Below, in pieces: positions 40,101 to 51,600 of a stretch of DNA of 64,000 nt. The translations under genes and the position numbers were made by a program. The DNA comes from Laetmonice hystrix (lineage: Eukaryota). The notes under the pieces are model-generated. The model did not search any database, was not told the DNA's origin, and saw only the letters and a list, made by a program, of their open reading frames with translations. The number at the start of each line of letters is the position of its first letter. The stretch's first letter is position 1. Where the stretch lies: contig OZ249436.1 in the NCBI GenBank assembly GCA_965235115.1, positions 4,404,001 through 4,468,000 of the forward strand. The letters are read 5' to 3'.

Positions 40101-43100
40101 TTCAGCGGACGACAGGGTGCCACAGGACCGGCGGGGGTTGCAGGCTTCCCAGGAGGACCCGGTCCTGGTGGCAAGTATCTTGATCCTTGCACTGTATTCT
40201 TGCACACCTTTAATAATTACCTTGAAATTACATGATTTTCAAATTGTATTGCTTTTCCACAGGTCGAACCGGATCCACTGGCGCAGTGGGCCCACGAGGT
40301 TTTCCAGGCCCCTCCGGCCCTGGAGGTCGTCCTGGTCAAACTGGATCCACGGGTGCTGCCGGTGCCCGTGGTTTCCCAGGCCCTCAAGGGATTGGACGTC
40401 CTGGTAGTACCGGTGCCACAGGAGCTCGAGGTTTCCCAGGTGGAACAGGTGGACCCGGATTCCCGGGCCGGAGTGGCGCGACTGGCTTCCCAGGGCCTTC
40501 AGGACGACCAGGTACGTTCCTTGTATTGAAATTTATGGAAGTCTCCATTGAAATTGCACCCTGATTAAATTGAATCTGAATAAAATTAAATCTGAATAAA
40601 ATTGAATCTGAGTGGATTGAAAGTTGTATGGTAACACTGATTTGCTTGAAGGACCCTCCGGACCTAGTGGCCTTCCCGGACCCGCAGGTAGACCAGGACA
40701 GATTGGCAGGACAGGAGGTACTGGCGGTCCAGGGTTCCCTGGACCACAAGGAGCGACTGGCTTTGGGGGACGGCCAGGGCAGACTGGTGCGACAGGCTTC
40801 CCAGGGTCTGCCGGCCCAGCAGGACCCCGAGGTTTTCCTGGTAACCAAGGCCGGACAGGGGCAAGTGGTTTCCCAGGACCTTCAGGACCACGTGGTAGCC
40901 CGGGACTGGGTGGACCAGCCGGTAGACCCGGTGCAACTGGCTTCCCAGGACCTGCTGGCCCACTTGGAAGACCAGGTACGCTGTCAATTTGTAGTGGTGA
41001 TGGTGTAGGGATATTTCTTGAAATATTTCAGTTTTGGAATATCCGCTTGGTGCTTTTGTCAAACACTTTAGACTCTTATTTTTAGGACCTGGTGGCCTCC
41101 AGGGACGTTCTGGACGAACTGGGGCTACTGGATTGCCAGGAAGGCAAGGGGGGCCCGGTATAGCTGGTCCAAGGGGATTCCCTGGACCTGCGGGTCCCTT
41201 GGGCTCTCCCGGTAGACAAGGAGGTCCTGGTGTATCTGGACCTACGGGACGGACAGGCGCTACAGGTAGGTGGCTTGTCGCCACAAAATGCTCTCAAAAT
41301 TGTTCACTTGCAAGATGTCGACCTGGTAAATCATTAATACTAAAATTGCTTCTAGGTGCTCGTGGTGGTCCCGGCAGAGTCGGAGCAACTGGCCTCAGTG
41401 GGCCACGTGGTTTCCCAGGAGCAACAGGATTCCCCGGACAAAGTGGGCGGCCAGGAGGTAGCGGAGTACCTGGCGCTAGGGGACTCGACGGCAGACCGGG
41501 TAGGGCAACAAACTATACTCCCGAAATCTTTTCTTCCAAACTTTATCAACCTGTGTTGTGCGACATCCCATTAAATGTTCTAAAAATGACATGTTTAAAA
41601 ATTACATGTGCTGTTGTACATTTAACGTCAACAAGACTACAGGGGTGGGAAAACAATTTTGTTAACTTGAGCTGGATTGGAGACATCCACCTGTTAAGCT
41701 CCACCCTTTTATGCATTTCAGGTCCAAGTGGTCCGGTTGGATTCCCGGGTAGGACAGGAAGTACTGGCGTCCCTGGACCTCGCGGCTTCCAGGGAGGCCC
41801 AGGATCTGCAGGACCTAGAGGCCAGCCTGGCTTCTCGGGTCCAGCTGGGCCTCAAGGAGCAACTGGGCGAAGTGGACCAGCAGGGTTCCCTGGCAGAACT
41901 GGTACGCCTTGAAACTTGATCATGCAGTTTTTCGTTGAAATATGATGTGGCAGTCGTGTCTTATTATTTTAATATCGATTTCAAACAGGTGCGTCGGGAC
42001 AACCCGGTAGAGTTGGCGGCCCAGGGCCGAGCGGTCCAGCTGGACCAAGTGGACGCCCAGGAGGACCAGGTTTTCCAGGACAGACTGGAGCCACGGGGAG
42101 ACCAGGCGTGGCGGGTTTCCAAGGTCGTCCAGGCCCCGCGGGCCCTTCTGGACCACGTGGTTTGGAAGGTGAATGAACTTACCTTTTTTGAAACTTCCTA
42201 ACATTACTTCTCGATGTTTGTTCTAATATGGCTGCCTACGGTCATCTTCGATAATTCGTAATGAGCCGCGTGAGCAGTCTGTCCTTACTGATCTTGAATT
42301 CCCCTTGGGATTGACATGGTAATGTATTTTGAGCAGTCTGTCCTTACTGATCTTGAATTCCCCTTGGGATTGACATGGTAATGTATTTGTACAGGATCAA
42401 CTGGACAACCTGGTAGGCCAGGTGCTGTAGGTTTACCTGGAATACCGGGGCGAGCAGGACGCACTGGTTCAACTGGTTTCCCAGGACCAAGTGGACCCGG
42501 GGGACTTCCAGGTCCCCGGGGTTTCCCAGGTCCCCAAGGCAATGCAGGAGGTCCGGGTAGAGCAGGAGCGACGGGTCTGTTCGGTCCGACTGGCAGGACT
42601 GGCGCGACTGGTGCACGTGGATTTCGAGGGGTCGATGGTGCAACCGGACCGTCGGGTGTGCCCGGATTCCGTGGAGGACCTGGACCTTCGGGAAGGCCCG
42701 GAGGTCCGGGGGCGACGGGACAACCAGGACCAAGGGGTTTCCAAGGCTCCCCAGGGTCGCCAGGAGCTCCTGGAATCGGGAGAACTGGTATGTTTGATTC
42801 ACGCTTCGTTTAAACGGCCCGAAATAAAGTGGAAATTAGTTATAACGCAGGTTTTATATGGCCTCAATAATTGGGGGCAGGGGCATAATCTAAATGTTTT
42901 TCATGCTTATTAGAAATTACCTCTAAAAATGACTCCTGCAGGTGCAACGGGATTCGCGGGTAGGCCTGGATCAGCAGGTCCTGTAGGACCTCCAGGTAGT
43001 ACGGGTCAACCAGGTTTCCCAGGTTCACTGGGACCGGCCGGTCCTCAGGGAGCTACAGGTAGACCAGGATTGTCTGGTCCTCCCGGGTTCGGACAACCCG

Positions 43101-46100
43101 GCCCCCCAGGCGCCACAGGACAGCCAGGATTCCGCGGCTCTCCAGGACCGGCCGGGCCTGCAGGTCGTCCAGGGCCTGAAGGTCGCCCTGGATCGCCCGG
43201 CTCTGCAGGTGGCGGTGGGCCTGCTGCAGGATGCAGCGATACAGATGAATGTAAGAACGGAAATGGAGGATGCCAACATTACTGTGTGGACACCTACGAC
43301 AGCTATTTCTGTGCATGTCGTGTAGGGTACCAGCTCACACGGACACCCATTAACTGTCCCGGAGGTAAGACTGAACAAGTTTTTCATATTGTGTGAATCT
43401 GGCTTTAAACATGGTAAAAACATGGTAATGCATACTATCTTTTCTGTTAGGGTTTGCTTGGGCAGATGAACATCTCTTAATTGGTGTGTTTCAGTGAATG
43501 TCCCGACCCCAACCCCCCAATGTGACCAGACCATCATAGATCTAGTGTTTGTCGTGGATAGTTCGGGATCTATCCGGGACAACAATCCTCCTGATCGTTC
43601 CTATGACAACTGGAATCTCCTGCTCGACTTTATCGCCAACATCGTGGAGCGTCTGTCGATCGGCCCCGACCGGACCCGAATCGGGCTCGTCGAGTACTCG
43701 AACCTTGCTCGCCACGTGTTCTTCCTCAACTCATTCTCCGATAAGAGAACCGTAAAGGACCAGATTCGTAACACTCCATACATTGGTGGCTTCACCAACA
43801 CGTCAGGCGGTCTGAGACTCATGACCTTCGAGCAGTTCACTCCCCGGAATGGTGACCGCCCAAACATTCCCAATGTCGCCATTGTCATCACGGACGGCAA
43901 GTCAAACACAGATCAACAAAGGTCAGATTTCGGTCGCTAAAATCAAATGCCTACTGTCTAGTGATCTTATTACTGTCCGAAAATGTAACTGGTATCGAAT
44001 GCCAAATGAATAACGTAATGATATTGTCTCCAGGACCATTCCGGACGCTGAGGAAGCTCGGAGACGTGGAGTAAAGATGTTTAGTGTTGGTATAACGCAA
44101 GACGTTGATATCAACGAGTTGAGGTTCCTCTCCTCGCCGCCTCAACAACCTGAAAGAGATTACTTCCAATCGGTCGACTTCAAAGAACTGGACCCTTTGA
44201 TCAATAACGTGGTGGAGCAAACGTGTAAAAATCCCGGACCTGCACAGCAGGGTAGGTGCATTCTAAATCATAGTTATGTGCTTGTGTTAATACTTTCTCC
44301 TATATGTTCAAACTTGGTTTTTGTTGCTTGCTTTGCTTTCTGGCTTTGCTCTCTGCCAATGGCTGACTTTGTTTTGTCTAGTGGGACCGGAGTGTTCCCA
44401 AGCCCGCGCCGATCTTGTCTTCGTCCTCGACAGTTCCGGTTCAATCCGGGACGCTAACCCAGCTGACCGTTCCTATGACAACTGGCAACTTATGCTCAAT
44501 TTCATAATTGATTTTGTGAGAGCAATCGAGATATCTCCGTCAACGAACCAAGTCGGTATGGTTCGTTTCTCTGACATTGGAGAGAATCTGTGGTATTTGA
44601 ACACCTATCGTGATAAAGGTAGCTTGATGGATGCTATAAATCGCATAGACTACATCGGATCGAACACCAACACATCCGGGGGACTGCGCGTGCTACGCGA
44701 TCAGTACAATCCGAATCGAGGAGACCGCCCCGGGGTGAAAAACATCGCTATTATTCTGACGGATGGAGCATCTACGTTTGACCGAGATAGAACGATTCCT
44801 GACGCCCGAAGAATTCGGAATATTGGCGTACAGATATTCAGCGTAGGAATCACGCGAAGTGTCAACGAAAATGAACTCCGGGAAATGTCTAGTCCTCCTC
44901 AACAGTTGGAAAAGAACTATTTCCTCTCGCCAGACTTCAGAGAATTATCTAGAATACGAGAACAAATTGTCTCAGAAACCTGTTCTGCGTCTCAAGCCTC
45001 GCAACCAGGTAAAAGTTTCGACTGTTGGCGACTAACAAATTTGGTAAATGATGTATACCAATAAAGGAACCCTAACCAGATTCCGTGGCAGAATGGGACT
45101 TTCTGACAAGATTGTGTGTCGTCCGAATTAGGTGTTACACTGATTACGAAGTTATAAACCATGAGTCCACACCACGCCATGGGATGAACTCCAGGAATGA
45201 CTTCGTTCATTTGTTCATAATTTGCATATTTTGTGTCCGGTACTTTAACAACTCCAAGATATTTAGGACGCGGGAATTGATTGACTCTTGGCTCAGTCTT
45301 TGCTAACAGCCCTAACGAAAACATTGTTTGATTCTTGTCTGTCTTTGCTAAAGCCCTTAGCGGAAACATTGTATGACTTTTTTCAGGAGGTAACACGGAA
45401 AATCTCTTCTGTCGGTGGACAGCCGAAGCGGGATACATATGCTTTTGTCGCTTTTCCGAGTGCGATAGGCGGCCAGTCAACAGCTCACAGTGCAGCAGTG
45501 AGTAATTAGAAAGTGTGGAAGTGGCCAATAAGGTCTTGGTGGGAGATGATGCTTTAGTAGAAACTCTATGTTGTATACATTATTTCGTGTTTGATTACAT
45601 TACCTGGATATCAATGTTTTTTTACCCCCAGATATCAATGAATGCTCGTTCAACAATGGCGGATGTCAACAGGACTGTAGTGACTCTGAGGGTAGCTTCT
45701 CGTGTAGATGTCGTACGGGTTACGTTCTCTCCGGTGATCGCTGGTCGTGTGACGGTGAGGTTTTTTCTTTAGGATGTTTGTGTTTTTAGAAGTTGTTGGT
45801 AATCTGTGTATAGTAATTTCTGAAATGTCTGAAGATATTTACAAGTTGTATGTATATCCGCAGACAACAATGAGTGCCTGGTTCCGTCAGTCTGTCGAAA
45901 CAGTGGCGACATCTGTGTTAATACGTATGGCAGCTTCTACTGCATCTCCTCAAACGGTAAGTGACGCTTACCAAACTCCCAATGATATAATTTCAAAATA
46001 AACAAGTGAAGTTTGATAATTCTACCGTTGATCCTTGGCGAGTCATTTCAATGTCATTTTAAACTTTTTCCCGTGTTTCAGTGGTGTCTCGGTTCAGCGC

Positions 46101-46425
46101 CCAATCCGCGGCCCTGACCGACGGGTCCCCCGGGGCGGCGGAAACAGTTGGAGCGACTACCAGCACCTCGACCACAGTCCTCGCCACCATCTTGGCTGCC
46201 ATATTGGGTGTCATGGTAACGGTTGCTGTGGTACTTGGTCTGCGCCAGGCACGACGTTGTCGTCGTCCTGACGACGGGAAACGGTGGAAAAGTGCAGGAG
46301 GACGTCTCTTCACCGACGCAGGTTCTCTCCGGAGTTTCATGGCGTCCACATCGGATACGTCCATGGCCAGCATTGACGACGATCTGGCTTCTCAATTTCC
46401 CGGAGAAATTAGTACGGTCTCCTAA
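37103..46425 (+). CDS. vWA/EGF-containing collagen (collagen VI/XXVIII-like domain order) with a ~1000-aa triple helix and a C-terminal transmembrane segment, ~1900 aa
   Basis: Manual splicing gives one open frame of 5703 nt. Exons: 37103-37181, 37681-38307, 38626-38883, 39022-39342, 39508-39840, 39991-40170, 40263-40511, 40652-40975, 41086-41265, 41356-41499, 41722-41901, 41989-42168, 42395-42787, 42942-43364, 43495-43921, 44034-44251, 44382-45008, 45632-45754, 45864-45956, 46082-46425. Signal peptide [19 protein letters not shown]. Three vWA domains carry DLVFV(V/L)DSSGSI, TNT and (I/L)TDG MIDAS motifs. EGF-Ca domains [16 protein letters not shown] and [18 protein letters not shown] segment [22 protein letters not shown] is followed by RQARR. 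Confidence 0.93.
37445..37597. mobile_element. Intronic MITE with perfect 16-bp TIRs and ATAAT target duplication
   Basis: ATAAT|CAGGCACGTACCCAGG ... CCTGGGTACGTGCCTG|ATAAT. Confidence 0.85.
39852..39935. repeat. 17-bp intronic tandem repeat x5
   Basis: AGAATTGAAATCTAGTC; starts ~11 nt after the donor at 39841. Confidence 0.9.
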
Positions 46426-48372
46426 CAATAGAATGTGGAACATTTTGTACAGAATTTTGTAAGCAAAGTCTGACTTTATGGACTTGCTGTGTTTTTGTAT
46501 GTTGACTTTGCTCAGTATTTGTTTGTACGAGGGTGACTAACAGCCGTAGGTTTACAAGTCTACGGTTACTAACATAAAGCTGTTACTGTGTATGCAACTT
46601 GGAGAATCTGGTCTTTTCATAGCTGGCAGTGTGATTTGCTAAAACAGAAATATTGTACACTTGACAATCCGGTCTCTCCATCGACCGTACATGGACAATA
46701 AATCGTAAACCATACTTTCTCCTATTTGTATTTTCTGGCCTCGTGTCCCTGTAGTCCCCAATTATCGCCGCCCATGTTGGCTTCACTGGCCTAGATCGGA
46801 TATCTTCGTCTCGTAAAAAATGGGAGATTGCCGCGTTGTTAGAACTTCGGTCGTAATATTAGCCGACCCGGTTCGGACCTTATGTGTCCGGGGGGGGCTG
46901 GCTGGCGAATAGTCCGGTGGAAGAACTTCCGTTTTCGTAACGCTATATGGTGTGGGAGTGATAGGGCCGTGGGGGATTCTATATCTAGGTCCTATATTCT
47001 TACCCGTGACGTCACGGCAGTTCCCCGACTTGAGCCGCACCTTTTATAGCCCCGAGTTCCAGGGCCCAGTTTTTGACTTTTCCACCGTGAGCATGAGCTC
47101 ATTCTCAATTTTCGTGCTTTTTTTTTTTGTTTTTTGTTTCCATGAGGCGTGCTCGTGGCGAGGCAAGCTCGCGGAAAAACACCCCCAAAACAAACTGAGC
47201 ATGAGCTCCTGGATCCGCCACTATTCCATGCCAGTCTCGACATAGATCTACACTTCCAGGGTCGTGCCCCTTCTAACCCCCCCCCCCCCCTATTAAATAC
47301 CAGATCTGCCCTGTGACAATCTTGGTCTACGTCTCGTGGTTACAGTAACCAGCAGCCTCCCATTCACTTTTAAAACGATCTGGTTATTAAACAGCCTAAT
47401 TAGTGAGACGGGCCCCACTGGCCTTTCCCAAATTCCTGGGGCGGGTTGCACTTACGGTCCTACGGGTTAGGACTGAATTTAGTACCAGCCCTCTGTTCGC
47501 GCCCCCCCCCCACACACACACACACACACACAAGCAAAAAAAGAGTCGCACTTCAGTATCAATATCATTTACTTTACGTCTCCTTTAGGCCTACGTTGAT
47601 GGTTGGGTTTTCTTGCACTTTTTGTAAGGTTTCCTGATCTCCGCCCCAGCAGAGGCTGGATACGGGCCTGTTGTTGGCATAGGCCTATCTACGCCAGACA
47701 CAAGAGGCGGGCACAAAGATTTATGTGGTCAACGTTAGATAACCTATAGCTTTTTGACGGTGCCCTCTTGGGTCCAAAGGTCCCTGTTTTAGGAAAAAAA
47801 TAAAATCAGTACCCTTTTTGTATAGGCTAGAGTAAAAATCTTAATGATCGTCTCCCCTTTGTTTGGCAATTTCCGAAAAAAGACGTTGCTTAGGGGGGGG
47901 GGCTCCCCCCTGTTCTTGACCTTTTTAGCCTGGTTCTCAGGTCTACTCAAGCCCTTTTCGGTTCGCGGTCTCCGCAGTAGACTCGACAACCAGTCCTCGA
48001 GCGACCTCTAGCGAGAAAGGGCCACACGTTGGCGCCGCCTGTCGGTTTCTATGAGAATAACGACAGGTGGCAGCACTCATGGATTCAGGCCAGACCGGGA
48101 CAGAAAATGGAAAATCGATTGTAAAAGCTTAGAGCAAAGCGCATACAAAAAATCTGCCATTTATTGTTACTTTGGCGAGAGCCGAAAGTATTTGAGTTGT
48201 TTTTAGAGGCTTTACCTCTGCTCTGTCAACCAAGAATTATACTTTTTGTGTCACCCTCGTCCGCATTTCGGCCCGCCTGTGGATGTAGACTGGTCCCCTG
48301 TCCACCACTTACATCCAGTGTAACCACAGATTATATTTGTGTATGCTAATCTGTGGTGTAACTGTGGATGTT

Positions 48373-48581
48373 AGCTGGTTCTCGGCTCACTCGCTAGGGG
48401 GCTCTGGGGTCGAGCGTCGACCCCTGACTGGTCCCCCGCTAACTCCTCCCGCCCTGTTCAACTCCTATCGGAGATAGAGACAGGTACACAGCAGCGCGTT
48501 AGCCGAAGAGCGGGAGGAGTTAGCAGGGGACCAGTCAGCGTCGACCCCAGAGCCATCTAGCGAGTGAGCCGGGAAACAGCT
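48373..48581. mobile_element. Long imperfect inverted repeat (MITE-like) directly upstream of COMMD10
   Basis: AGCTGGTTCTCGGCTCACTCGCTAG...CTGACTGGTCCCC.GCTAACTCCTCCCGC is mirrored by GCGGGAGGAGTTAGCAGGGGACCAGTCAG...CTAGCGAGTGAGCCGGGAAACAGCT. Confidence 0.7.
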
Positions 48582-48659
48582 CACTGTCGCTGACGGTCAA
48601 CAGGTGGCAGCACTAGGCGTCCAGTAGAGAGGGCGGTGTCACGGTGTTTGAAGAAGAGG

Positions 48660-51600
48660 ATGGCGCTCATGTTTACAGCCACAGCAAAGTAAGTTTCATG
48701 GCAATCATTTACCGGTAGTATCAGGGGTTATACGTGAATTCATGGTTTCAGTGTCGATCGTTTAGACGTAGGTATACAGGGCCGATTGACGTTTTGCAAC
48801 TGCGTATTGATGAATTAACTTATTATCGCCCACGAACACAGCCACAACTCGCTGTCTCAGTCTCACCCTGTCACTGCCACTGGCCAGTCACGTCGGCCTG
48901 ATTAGGCCATGGGGCAATTTGTTGCATTCGACGCGTTGCATGGCGTTTTTGGCGGAAATTTAGTGAATTGCCTTCCAGTATTGCAGTACATTTTTAGGGT
49001 TTTTGCACAAGGCAGACATTCCTCACGCTGGTATCAATGCCAACAAATGGGACACGAGTTCGAACCCTTCTAATCTAGGGATTTATCTTTTTCTACCGTT
49101 ATTTTGCCTGTATTGAATTCGTTTATGGATTAGGCCTAGGGGTATTTTCTTTCGGATATTGGGTTAGATAGCGGTTAGGGTTAGTGTTAGTGTTTAAAGT
49201 TTGAGGAATGTCTGCCCTGCGCCCAAGCTTTAGGGCCGTAGCCCGTAGACAATCTTGGAATTTTGGAGGGGAAGGGCTTACCTACTAGAACTGCTCTGCA
49301 CTACTGCAGTGGCAGTACTTAGCACATTCGGGAATCCTCGGCCATATCTTCGAAAGTAGCCTCGGGTGAAATAGGCGCCATGTTAAGCATTGCATCGCGG
49401 GTACATTTAGCTGGGACTCTCGCTAGCATGGCAGTGCTTGCAGTATTTTGCCTGCATCAGGCATGAAAGCAACTAAAATAGGCCTCCAGTGTTTTCCCCA
49501 TAGTCAGTGGGCAATATTACGAGAGTATCATGTTCATGAGACAAGTAGTCGTACCATCTGTCGTGGTGCTGTCGTTCATGGGCGCCGCCATATTGCTTCC
49601 CATAATTTGATAAATTACCGTATCACGCCCATTTAGGTAAATTAGGTAATTGATATTTCAGTTCAAACGTTCCCCTTCATGCCACAAAATATATATTTGC
49701 ACATACAATGCCAAGAAGCCGGTTTCAATAAATATATATACACTACTTTCTGGCTCGATGGGATATGACGGTTCACTCAGTGCCTCGCTACACAGGTCGA
49801 TTTGGCCATGTATCTGGTTGCCAATGGCGCCCATTTCACCCGAGGGTATATGCAGATATGACGTCATATGCCCGAGGGAATCCCGAATGTACTTAGCAGT
49901 ACACTAGGCTTATTAAGGTCTCACCATGGACCGGTAATCAATGTATCCAACCCAAACCCATTACATATCAATACAATGACTTTCAATACAAAGAAAAAGT
50001 ATTTTTGATGTAAAAAAATGTTTAGATATCTCAGGGTTTCTGCCAGAGGGTAAAATGGGTAAAATTCCGTACCCTAAAATTTTTCCAGGGTACGGATCCC
50101 TACCCTCAAAATCGTTGGGTAGTCTCGAGTTGGAAACCCCATAACAGGCGCAGGGAACTACCATCTCAAAAAGCTGTGGCGTGGATGATGCATGGTTCAG
50201 ATGACTGGACTTCATAGGCCATTATAGTGGTCAACCATAATGTTGTTCCATTGTCTCACTCGACTGTATATGTTGGGGGAATCTTATCTTCATTTATTAC
50301 TGGTCTTTTGTTAGTTCCTGTTGTAATACTCCAACAAATCACATGTACATTTCATGTATACCCTTTAGATAGCACAGCTGTCAAAAAGCAATAATGTTGG
50401 ATGAGTTTTCTTTCCTTTGTAGCATTAAGAAAGCAGTGGCATTGCTGAATGGACTGCATGACACAAAATTTCCACGCTTGTTATCCAGGATCGTGCAGAA
50501 ACTACATCTAAAGGTAAGTGACAAGTAACAAACAGCTATGTAATGTTGAAAAACAACTTTAGCTGGTGAATGTTATTATTGGTATTATTCCACCAGTTAA
50601 ATTGGATCACAAATTTTGAACTGTAATGTTGCATGGAAGTAGGTGTTTTCAATAACACCATCAGAGAGTTGCAGTAGTTTTACAGTGACGTACCAGGGTG
50701 AGCTGCTGCAATGTGTAGCTCACCTTGTTCTGTATTGTCAGGATGAGTCAGAGAGTTGCAGTAGTTTTACAGTGATGTACCAGGGCGAGCTGCTGCAATG
50801 TGTAGCTCACCTTGTTCTGTATTGTCAGGATGAGTCAGAGAGTTGCAGTAGTTTTACAGTGACGTACCAGGGTGAGCTGCTGCAATGTGTAGCTCACCTT
50901 GTTCTGTATTGTCAGGATGAGTCAGAGAGTTGCAGTACCGTAGTTTTACAATGATGCACCAGGGTGAGCTGCTGCAATGTGTAGCTCACCTTGTTCTGTA
51001 TCGTCAGGATGAGTCAGAGAGTTGCAGTAGTTTTATAGTGATGTACCAGGGTGAGCTGCTGCAATGTGTAGCTCACCTTGTTCTGTATTGTCAGGATGAG
51101 TCAGAGAGTTACAGTAATTTTACAGTGATGTACCAGGGCGAGCTGCTGCAAGGTGTAGATCACTTTGTTCTGTATTGTCAGGATGAGTCAGAGAGTTGCA
51201 GTAGTTTTACAGTGATGTACCAGGGTGAGCTGCGAGCTGCTGCAATGTGTAGATCACTTTGTTCTGTATTGTCAGGATGAAAGGACTTTCAGTGAGAAAG
51301 AAGAGGAGATATTAGAAGATGTCCTTGAATTGAGTAGCAGTGACCTCGAGCTGGTTCTTGAGGCCTGTGAGTTCTTCCTACATCAAGCAGCCTATCATTC
51401 AGCCAAACCCACTGTACTTGGCCAGCAGCTGCAGCAACTCGGCCTAGACGACTCCAAGGTTTGTCATTCAGAACTACTTCGTAATTTTTCTAGAATTTCG
51501 CAGATCAAAGGAGAGGATTGGACAGATATTAATTTAAAGGGAGCCGTAAAATTCATTTTTTCGATTTATGGCAGTCTTAGAAACATATGATTCGCATTCC

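Noticed and set aside
41034..41912. 292-aa ORF as a single exon with non-collagenous inserts
   Set aside because: The inserts are bounded by GT...AG at Gly codons and are AT-rich, so they are introns that happen to be stop-free in this frame. Intron retention cannot be excluded without RNA data.
39437..42802. Minus-strand Pro/Gly-rich ORFs
   Set aside because: Antisense shadows of the collagen exons.
44717..44726. RGD integrin-binding motif in vWA3
   Set aside because: The equivalent positions in vWA1 and vWA2 are NGD within a conserved GDR structural motif, so it is probably incidental.
37103..46425. Assigning the symbol COL6A or COL28A1
   Set aside because: Helix length, EGF modules and the TM segment do not match; orthology cannot be established without a phylogeny.
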